Origin: Lama guanicoe
Lineage: Eukaryota
Assembly: GCA_013239625.1 (NCBI GenBank)
Contig: MU053629.1
Span: 1,701,567 to 1,765,566, forward strand
Length of the DNA stretch: 64,000 nt
Direction: 5' to 3'
Shown here: positions 54,005 to 64,000 of the stretch, piece after piece
Layout: the number at the start of each line of letters is the position of its first letter
Numbering within the stretch: position 1 is the first letter of the stretch
Notes under the pieces: model-generated
The model's input: the letters and a program-made list of their open reading frames with translations, nothing else
The model's database searches: none
Told to the model about the DNA's origin: nothing
Made by a program: the position numbers and the translations under genes

Positions 54005-54200
54005 GAGGCAGTGTACAGTTCAGGGGAAAGTGTCCTGGCTTTGGAGTCAAACAGACTTGAATTTTAATCCCCAGGTGACGGGATATGAGTGACCCCTCTG
54101 AGCCTCAGTTTTCTCATCTGTAAAGTGGGGTAACTATGACAACTAGAAATAGCACAGGTAAAATGTCCTGCCTGTGATCTGGTACATAACAGGAGCACAA
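54005..54200. mobile_element. MIR SINE
   Basis: ggctttggagtcaaacagac...ctctgagcctcagttttctcatctgtaaagtggg. Confidence 0.75.
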
Positions 54201-54829
54201 GAAATGCTAGCAAGGATCATCATCAGTATTTACATGAGTAACAAAGTTTTTCTGGCCTGAGCCCGCCTTGTCCTCATTGCTGTGGTGGACACCGAGATCC
54301 ACAGCCTGGGGGCTTCCTCCAGGGCTCCCACTCAGCAGAGAGATGTTGAGTACCTGCCATGTTCCCTCTTCTTACTCGCCTCCAAGTCCCTCTTTCCCTA
54401 GTCACTAACTGTGACCTCAGTCCCCAGTGTATCTTCAGTAGGCACCCAGTACATATTTGTTTTGTGAATAAGAAATAAATGATGTTGAGTGAGTCACCCA
54501 ACCTCTTGAAATGTCAGTTTCCTCATCTGTAAAATGGGGCATTTACCTACCCTGCTACCTCACAGGGCAACTGTAAAGACCAAACAGAATCAGCAGCCAC
54601 TGAAGGCCACGGGGGTAAAGCCCACACAAAGCCCCAAAACTGCACCTCAAAGGCTGTCCCGTCTTCTACAGAGGCTGGCTCTGCCGGGCCTAGGACAGTC
54701 ACAGTGAGGCCTTGCGATGCTCACATTTCCCCGTGCCCAGGGAGCCCACGTTCCAGGACGACGGCAGGTCCACACCTTAAACTGAGTGCAAACCTTTCTG
54801 CCTTTCCTGGTCTGAGTCAGAAAAGTTCG

Positions 54830-55030
54830 GACACTGCCTCTTCTTAGCTGTGTGACCAGGCCACTTAACCTCCCTGAGCCTCCGTTTTCTCTCCTGTAAC
54901 ACAGAGTTAAGTGCCCCTGACTATCCAGCAACGTAGCCACAAGAGTCAAATGAGACGATGTATGTGAATGTGCTTTGGAAACTGTAAAGCAGCTCCATAC
55001 AAACGTAGGTGAGTATTAAGATTATTATTA
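54830..55030. mobile_element. MIR SINE
   Basis: cacttaacctccctgagcctccgttttctctcctgtaa...aaatgagacgatgtatgtgaatgtgctttggaaactgtaaag. Confidence 0.7.
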
Positions 55031-57894
55031 TTATGTCAAAAAACAGACACAAGGGTGTGACCTTCAGAGGAACCTGGGCTCCTGGGCCGGGAGGAGAGTA
55101 CAAAGGCCACTGCCCCTTTCAATTTTGGTAACTTGGAAATCTTCTCCATCAGATTTTTTAAAACCCTATATGGCTTTGCCAGGAAGCCAAGTATACTCTA
55201 GCCACAAGTCTGGAGAACCACAAGATAAGCCGTTTCCATAACGGGTCCTGCTGGGCTTCAATCAGCTCGGCTCCTTGGGCCAAAAAATAGTTTTTAAAAA
55301 ACACCACATACCACAATTCAACCCCTCCCCAAAACACACAGCCTTTCTCCTAAGAAAATAAAATTAGTGGAAACCAACTTTAAACGATGAAATCCAACTC
55401 TGAAGCATTCTTTCTCGGGAGGCAGGCCTTCCCGGGGGAAGGGGGCAGACAAAGCATTCTCCACTGAAGTGTGCAGGTTGACATGTTTCCCGTGAAGGTC
55501 CGCGAGGAACTGAGGCTCCCGGCCAGCTTCAAGGGCTGTGAGGACAGGCTCTTTGGGCCCAAAGAGGCAATCGTTGCCACAGACTCAGAAATTAGCTCTA
55601 CCAATCCAGCCAGAAAGCTGAACCACCGTGAGACTCTTTTACTGGTTGCTTTCATTAACGCGGCACGAAGCAGGCCTACAGACCAATTTCTCCTCCCCAA
55701 CAGGCCCTGATGCTGCAGCCCAACTCCCTCCCTGCCAGCAAATGGCCTACCCTCATCGCACAAGTGATGATGAAGGTGAAGGGCCCTGTGGACTGGCCAG
55801 AAGGAACCTCAGAGAAGGCTCACCTGTCCCATGGTTCTCATGGCCCCACGGGCCCCACTGGGCTGCCCCAGGGCCAAGAAGGGCAGATGCACCCAGTCCT
55901 GGGGTCAGGGCTAACACACCAGGATCCTACCTGTAACTACTGGCCCCTGCTTTATTCTTGGGGCCGCCGCTTCCTCCCGAGACCCTCAGGTCTGGGTGGA
56001 GACTGCACACACCTTGTCTGTTAGCTCAGGCTCCCTTTGCAGGTTTCTGCTGCCTAGTGCAAAGCCCTACATTGCTTGAGAGGCAGCCTGGCAGGGCGGG
56101 AAGAGCAAATGCTTTGCAGTCAGGCAGATGGGGGTGTGAACCCAGACCCCGCTGCTGCTGCTGGGCTCTGAAGCTTTGGAGAGGTGACTCCCCTAGCCCT
56201 GGGTTCCTTGTCCCTAAAAGGTAGCTAATGCCTGTCACACAAAGTTGTGTGAGGATTAGGAACAATATGTGGGAGGTTCTGGACATATGGTCGGTGCTTC
56301 ATCAGTGGTAATTATTATGATAATGGCACTCCCACCCCTGTCCTCCAAATTCAGAGGCTTCGTCCCTCCTCTGAACCTGGCCCTTCCTACCTTCAGCTCA
56401 CATGTAACACTGCTCAGAATTCGCAGACCTGCCCAGTTCTGGGCCAAGCTGGGCCTGGTCACTGTGGAGTACAGGGCTGGCAAACAGAAAGCACCCAAAG
56501 CAGTAAGTGTTTGTTTACTTAGAAAAAAAATCCTGACATCTTAAGTGACTAGAATTTTTTTCCCACCACATTCTGCTTTCACTGTTACAAATCAGAAACA
56601 CGCTTAGATCAGGGTTTATTCTGAAGAGTAACTTCTCTCATTTGGACTTTTCTCTCTCTCTCTCTTTTTTTTTTTTTTGATAGCTATGTTACCAATACAA
56701 TGTCCAGTAGGCAAAACACAAAGATCTGAGGTACTTGGGAGATTCTGAAAGTTCCTTCTGACTCTTCAAAGAAGGATATTTTATTCCTAATACGTTGCCT
56801 TCTTCTGATTATAAAATGAATGTGATCATCATAGACAGCATGAAAAATAGAAAAAAAGCATATAAAAAATCAAATTAGTGGCAATTTCACCATCTCTAGA
56901 CAATGTCACAGTGACTGTTTTCGTGTATTTCCTCCGGTCTTTTTTCTCTATGCTTCAAGAATATAAGTATCCATTCATTTAAAAACGAACGATGAGCAAC
57001 AGGCTGGCCAGTGACGATGGGACAGCAGCGTGGATTGCCCGTGAAGGCTCCCTTGTCCTGTGTTCAGCTCTTCCTAGCCCCAGCTTACTGGTCAGTGATA
57101 CACCCACACACTGCGCAACTACATTTTGTCTTATCAGGGCTTGGTGAACTTCTACCCCTTGAGTGAGTTAACATAGTCATCTCTGCTTTCCATTTTTGTG
57201 CCACACAGTCAATATTTACTAGCTGTGTTGCTAAAACAGGCCCTGGGCACGACCTCAGTGCCAAGCGTCCCTGTCTAATCTCAGCAGCAGCAGTCTCAGT
57301 GGCACCGAAGGCTTTACTGAGCCACAGGCCACGGCACTTGGTGAGTGACTCCTGCCCTGTTGAGCAGCTGGCCTCTGACCCAGCAACGATGCTTCACATA
57401 ATTATAAAGTCGCAGGAGGCTAGTGCTGGAAGGCACTTAAACATTAGAGACGGGGAAACTGAGCTGCCTTGTTGGGGGAAAGGACTTGCCTAAGCTCATG
57501 CAGCTGCAGAACCAAAGCCTGGACACCATCAGTCCCACAGCAGCCCTCGGTGCACGGTCTGGTTGAAGGTGTCACCAAGAAGAAAGAGCTGGGAAGGCAG
57601 AGGGGCACAGAACCCATCTCATCAGGACTGGAAATCGGTCAAGTGCTGCTCTGAGATGGTCAGTTTCACAGAGAGGTCTTCCCAAGAGGGGCCTGGTCTC
57701 TCACAGTGATTAAGGTGACACCATAGCATCATCTATTCTCTTGCCTCTTGCAGGAATTCATTCATTCATTCATCTAGTCATATGACAAACTTTTATGGAG
57801 CCCGGCCAGGGAAGGCATTATGTGCTTCACCAAAGCAGAGCCACTGGCCCACCTCTTCAGAAGGATTTCTTTGCAGTAGTCAAAAGAGACAGAC

Positions 57895-58110
57895 CCTAAA
57901 CAACAAGATCCTACTGTATAGCACCAGGAACTATATTCAATATCTTGCAATAAACTATAACAGAAAAGAGTGTAAAAAAGAATGAATGAATGAATGAATG
58001 AATAAATAAATAAATAAATAAATATTTATTTATTTATTTATTTATCTGAATCACTTTGCTATACACAAGAAACTAACACAACACTGTAAATCAACCATAC
58101 TTCAATTGAA
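57895..58110 (+). mobile_element. Very short L1 3' end containing (GAAT)n(AAAT)n(ATTT)n
   Basis: aacaacaagatcctactgtatagcaccaggaactatattcaatatcttgcaataa...aaatcaaccatacttcaat. Approximate TSD aaaagaga(gaga)cagac. Confidence 0.85.
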
Positions 58111-61100
58111 AAAAGAGAGAGACAGACAGGCAGGCAGCCCACCAGGTAGTCCCAAGGAAGTCTGAGTCTTAAAGGAAAATATCTGTAGGAAGGAATTGTA
58201 GGAGAAATATGCTTTGGGGGTAGATCTCTGACAGCAGGCCTCTTAGAAAGTCCCTTTTCCTAAGAGCACCGCAGGTACTAACAGGAACAAGTCAAAAGGA
58301 AACGGGCAGGTGACACAGTGTGATACCAAATGCCTTCAGTGTTTCTGTGGAGTAATATAAAGAAGAGGATCCAGAGTAAGGAAATCTGTATTCAGGTCCC
58401 ATTTGCACCACTAAAATGGTGCATGGCCCAGAGAGGGAAAGTGCCTTGCCCAAGGCCACACAGCACATTGGTGGCCAAAGTGGTACTTGAATCAAGTTCT
58501 TTACTCCAGGTCCATGGCTGATGGCTCAGATGCCACAGATGAATCTTTGCATTTCTCTTATCCTCAGACAGCCACAACCACTTCCTCACAAGGGGAAGCT
58601 CTGGCATCTTCTCTCTGTGGGACTAGATACCCCAGGGGGGTTCACAGAACCAGGCTTGGCCACTTCCTGGAGAAGCAGGAGCAGGACAGAGGCCTCGAGG
58701 CTAACACCAGTGCAGGCAGAAGCTGTGATGTGGGGCAATTCTAGCACACGAGAGGGAGAACAAGCGAGCATTCTGTACAGCTGCCGGGATGCGAAACAGC
58801 TCTGCACACTTGGCCTGTTCCCCTGCTCCACCCGCTCCAGGCAAGAAAACAAAGAAGGACATGTGAATAGGGCTGTGATGAAAACGATGCCACTGCATTT
58901 CTACCTTCTCCCCGGCTCATAGACCCAAACTCGAGCCCCCGGGGTTCCATGCTGGCTGAGCACAGTTTATGGTGGCACCGGCCCCTGTGTCTGTCACGTG
59001 CCTACTATTGCTCCAGCCCTACCCGGAGGTGGTGGGAACACTAAGAAGGATAAATCCTGGCCTCTGTCCTCAAGGGGCTCACAGTCTGGCTCAGAACACA
59101 GAACGAACCTCCAGAAAACCTTCTGCTACAGAACAACCATGTATGAGGCAGAAACTGTAAAGCCACAGATGCTGGAAGCTGGAGAGACAGATGAAGTTGG
59201 GGGAGAGGCATCGGAGGATAGGAGGCATTCTCACCACACTTGAGGGCTGCATAGAACTAGTAGAAGGGAAGGGAGATGGGAGAGAGGGTGCTCAGAAGGA
59301 GGAAAAGAACGTATCATTAACAGGCTTGCTCAGCACAGCTGGCATGAGAAAGGTTAGGAAGTATTAAGAGGTAAGTTTGAACAGGTAGATTAACGGGCAA
59401 AGTAGTGGGACTAAGTTAGCCATGTCCTCCAGTTTAATCTGCCGGCCACTCATTCCTGACTCTGTGTCAGACAGAAGGTAGGGAAGGCTTAGACACTGGC
59501 CTCAAAGCACTTACCCTGCACAGAGGAAACTAAAGTGGCAACAGAAAGGGAAGGTAAACGCGTGAGAGACATACACCCGTGGGCCTGGAGTACGCTTTCA
59601 CAAGCGTGACCATCCAAATGCTGGTTAACATCAGCAAGGGGCGGCTAACCTTGGCAATGGCACAGGCGCTGGCTTCTGGGCAGTCTCGCGGAGAGAAGAG
59701 AAATGTGCAACACTGTTATTACTAAATGAGCACCTACAGTTATTAACAGTTAAATAGTGTAAGTTCTCTTCTCAGTTAATGGTCATTTTCTTCAAAGCAT
59801 TAGGCCAAGTTCCCCAGACTTATTTTTGGAAGCCCTTATTTAGGAAAAACTTCCTAAAACCAGCATTTGCTGGAATTAGGACTTGAAATACAATACAACC
59901 AGGTATATTTCACCCAAAAGACAGGTTCTCTAAAGAGTGGACTCTTTGAAAGTCAAGCTTTTTTTTTTTAATGTCCAAGATAGAAGGACGTCCTCATGGT
60001 GAACACTTCTGTCAAGAGAAATTAATTAAAATTTAAAAATTACTCTAAAGTGCTCACAGTGTATTGAAAGGCATTAGACAGATGGTAACATAGAGCATTT
60101 CCAGTCTAAATTCTAAAGGTGTGATGACAAACGACTTTTTCCAAACCCCTTGGGGGACCTGCCAGAATTTTCCTGGCACAAGAGATGGGAGTCTCACTGT
60201 AGGAACCAGTATGAATCCTCACCATCTTTCTACCCTCCCTCTGCCATTCAAACTTCCTAGTCCTCCTGCAAGGGTTTACTGAGTCCTTTACTTCTGTGTG
60301 AAGGATACAAGGCTTCTGTGTGAAGCCTCCATCCCTCCCTTGAGAAGTTTCCAGGTCCTCACCTCCTCACATTCTCTACAGCAATTCACTCCTTGCTGGC
60401 CCACCTCCCATGACCCTTTTCCCCATCCAATCCCATCAACCTCTTTTTCAGCTTAAAACCATACATGAAGTCTAAACTCCTGAGCGTGAAATACTTAAAA
60501 AGCACTGCATTCTACAGGACATAAGAAATACATGTTAAAAGTTTTTTAGAAGATACAGAAGAGTATAAGTAAAAAGCAATTAAATCATCCATGGTCCTAC
60601 CTTCCCCTTCCCCTTCCCCTCCCCCCCTCCTCCCCCTGTGACAATACCAGTACTAGTAAAACTGTAATGGCTAGCTTAGACCTTTACCCATCCTCTGCTT
60701 GCTATTCTGGGCTTCCCCACTGCTTCCCTACCAGAACCTGTCATCTGGTTTCTGAGGGACCCACCCCCCAAAACATATCTTGCATTTTCCTGTCCACCTG
60801 GGAGGCTCAAGTCCACCTATTCCTGGAATGCCCGCCCTCACTGCTCAGCCTGTCCAAATCCCATCCACCCTGCAGTGCCTCACTTAAGCCCCACCTCTCA
60901 GAAGCTTTCTGGGCTGTGCTGGACCACGGAGGTAGCCATCTTCTGAATGGGTGTCACACGTATTGTCTGGATGTTCTTTCTGCTGCTGCGCTGTATTCTG
61001 ACTTCTTGAACTGCTGCCGAGCCTCACACTCTCGTGGGGTGTTCTGTTTGTTTGTTTATGTGCCTCTGCCCCTAGAAGGTACAAACTATGTCTTTGCATT

Positions 61101-62269
61101 CACTGCCTTCTCAGCTCCTCCCTTTTCCCCTCAAACATCTCCTACCCAATACATGTTTGATGGGTATTTCTTAGAATCATGACATTTTAGAGCTGAGCGG
61201 TGGTGGGAAAGGGACTGAAGACCAGAAAGGAAGAGAAACTCAATTAAGGTCACAGTGCAAAGCCAGAACAGAGACCCCGGGAGCCAGCGGAAACCAGAAT
61301 CCATTCAAACATTTATTGTGCACCTACTATATGCCTATCACTGTGTAAGGCACTGAGAGATAAAACGAAATGACCTCCAGATCCTATCATCAGAAAGCTC
61401 ACTGGACTGCAAGTTTAGGATGGCTTTTGGCTAAGGGGCGGTGCCAAAGAGGGTGGGAGGAGACTCCCAGGCAAACAGTGATGACTAGGGAGTCCACAAC
61501 ACGCTGTGGGAACGTAAAACAGGTGCACCCAGCCCTGCCTGCAGTCAACGTGCTTGCAGGTAGTCAGAGCAGGCCTCTGGAAGGACGCAGAACCTGAGCA
61601 TGAGCAGGACCAGAGCAGGGCTCCATGCATGGGTGAGACAGTGACACAGAGAAGGCACAGGACCCAGGCTCCTGCAGGGAAAGGCGGTCACTGGACAGAT
61701 TCACAAAGGAAGGGAAGGTGAACCTAGAAGCCAGAAAGGAATTAGCTAGTGGAATCACAGCAACCTCTGTGGCAGCCCCACTCCATCCTCACTCTGCATC
61801 AAGTCTCAGAGAGGCTATTTAATTGGCTTTTGGCTAATATATCACTGGTCCCAATGAGCAGAGCTTTTTCAGCCCAGTCATCTCATAGGACACCAACTAG
61901 CCAATACATGGGCCACTGTCGGGTCAAGTGACCATCCCTGTTCCAATCATGGGCCACCCCCACACAAGGGCCAGCCCATCTTCACTCTATGGGGCAGGGG
62001 GCTGTGAGGGGTGCACAGGGGGAGAGGGAAGGGGGAAGTTTTCATAAGAAAGGAATACTGAGTATGACAGACACCATGCACAAACGGTGGGCGGTTGGAA
62101 TCCCAGCAGGGATCCTTGTGAGCAAGGCAAAGAGGTAAAATTAACATCGCCAGCCAGGACAGAGGATAATAAAGAGACTTGTTCACTCAGGGAAGGAAGA
62201 AACAAACCAGCCTCTCTGAGAGCTTATCATGTCTCAAGGGCAAGTTTGAAGAAGTGATCTTGGATCCAG

Positions 62270-62425
62270 TTGTACATTCTATGCAAATTGGGGCACTTTA
62301 AAAAATACAGATGCCAGAGCCTCACCCCAGACATAAATTTGAATCCTTGGCATGTATGCATGTGTGTTTACTTGTTTTAAACCTCCTCTGTGATTCAGAT
62401 GTTCTGCCCAAGATGCCAACAACTA
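62270..62425. mobile_element. MER5-like remnant
   Basis: ttaaaaaatacagatgccagagcctcaccccagac...tgattcagatgt. Confidence 0.5.
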
Positions 62426-62499
62426 TGTTACATGTTTCCATCATAATCTCATTCAATCCTCTAGAATCAGGAGAGTTCTAGGTTCCAATCCTGGCCTGA

Positions 62500-62630
62500 T
62501 AAGGTAGGTGGTCTGTTCTCCATTTCACACATGAGAAAACTAAGGTTCAGAGAGGTGAAGTAACTTGCCCAAGGTCACACAGGCAGTGAGTAGTAAAACT
62601 GAGACTTGCCCAGGTTTGACCCCTGAGCCT
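62500..62630. mobile_element. MIR SINE
   Basis: gagaaaactaaggttcagagaggtgaagtaacttgcccaaggtcacacag. Confidence 0.8.
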
Positions 62631-64000
62631 GAGAGACAAATTCTTGACCGTGTATTACAGAGAGATGGTTCAGCTGCCCCAGAGATGGTCCAGCCACAGA
62701 CCTTCCTGGAGGGAAGCAGCCCTGGGAACCAGGGGAATTGCAGGGCAGGCGGTGGAGCCAAGCTGGCTTAGCCAGGGCCTGGCAATGCTTCCTAGCCAGC
62801 AGGGAGTAGACATCTTTTCAAAGACATGAGCAGACCCCAGAAAGGATCTTACATCAGGGCTCGGTTGAGACACCAGAAAGAATTTCACAGTCTCAAACTC
62901 TGGAAACACTGCAGACATAGCTAACTCCAAAAAATATATTATAAAATATCTTTCTTATAGCTATTTTTTGAAGATTGCTACTTGGACCTGTGTTTACAAT
63001 CCCCTGTGGACACAGCCTTATCTCCACTCTATCTGGCCTCCTCGCTCTCAGGGGTAGGATCTGGGTCTTTGTACCTCTGCTTCGTTATCTGTAAAATGGG
63101 GTCAGGGACTTCTGACGTGCCTCTCATGATCAAATGGGTAACAGAGAAGAAGCTGCCCAGCCCAGCTCCTCCATGTGAGCTCTTCAGAACCACTGACCTC
63201 TGGGCTTTTAGCATAACGACGTCCATATCCACAACCATTTGCTGGGTACTTCCCACATGCCAGGCTATGTTCCTTATCTCTGTGCCAGGAATGGGAAAAG
63301 TATTATTTTGAAAGCTGCTCAGAATTGTTACCCCTAGTAAGGGAGGCAAAAGACTCCATCAAGGGGTGGGTAGGGGGGAAGGGAGGTTAGAGATGGCTTT
63401 TTGTTTGGGAAAAACTTTAAAAGGTCTTTGGTTCTGGAAAGGAGAGGCCCAAGGTCCTCTCAGGGAGAGGCTATAACAAGGACTGAAACTTCTTTATGTG
63501 AAAGAATAGGGGGTCTCCCTTGGGCGGTGAGTGTGAAGGATGGTAGCAGATCTGGGGCCTGGGGTAGGGTCCTGAGGGGCCCCAGCATCCTGGCAGAGGT
63601 CATAAGTCAGAGGAGCAGAAGTGTCTGTTACCTCACTTTAAGTTGTTTCCTTCTCTGTGCAGAAATTCCTTTCACTACCCTCACATCTTACTGGAGACTC
63701 AGTTTACCCTGCCACCTGCCTTGGTGGCGAGGAAGGCACTAGGAGATGGGCCTGAGTCCATGCCCCAGACAAGGTCATAGTGGGAGCTCTGCCTTGTCTC
63801 GATGGAGGAAGGGGTCCTTGAACCCAAGGACCTGAGGCATCAAGGAGGATGTGAGTACTCCCTGGGGAGGCTCAGAAATGCTGGGTCAGGAACAGTACTT
63901 CCTGCTGCCCTGGAATGGAATGTTCATTATTCTTATTTGGACATAAAGGAGGGGACCCCAGAAGGCTGGAAAACAACTCTATGAGATAGGGACCATCTTA

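Overview
Mammalian genomic DNA, most likely camelid: four Vic-1-like tRNA-derived SINEs are present and I recognised no Alu, B1/B2 or Bov-A elements. The window lies inside the DAPK2 (death-associated protein kinase 2/DRP-1) gene on the minus strand. Two coding exons are present (21066-20845, 222 bp; 11528-11390, 139 bp). They have canonical AG/GT boundaries, splice in frame, and encode the kinase N-lobe, the DAPK basic loop and the HFDLK catalytic loop. I did not find the first coding exon or exon 4, so they presumably lie outside the window. The rest is intronic and rich in interspersed repeats: young and old L1 fragments, MIR, L2, hAT-Charlie MER elements and solo LTRs. Apart from the two exons and an L1 ORF2 remnant, the ORF track looks like chance ORFs. 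I find no support for a new multi-gene system. The most interesting signals are small genome-evolution events: a candidate L1 3' transduction, a local templated copy of an L1 segment, a TSD-flanked pure A/T insertion, a 44-bp perfect AT palindrome and nested insertions. There are also a few candidate intronic regulatory motif clusters and lineage substitutions in DAPK2. Repeat subfamily names come from remembered consensus sequences, not from a database search.
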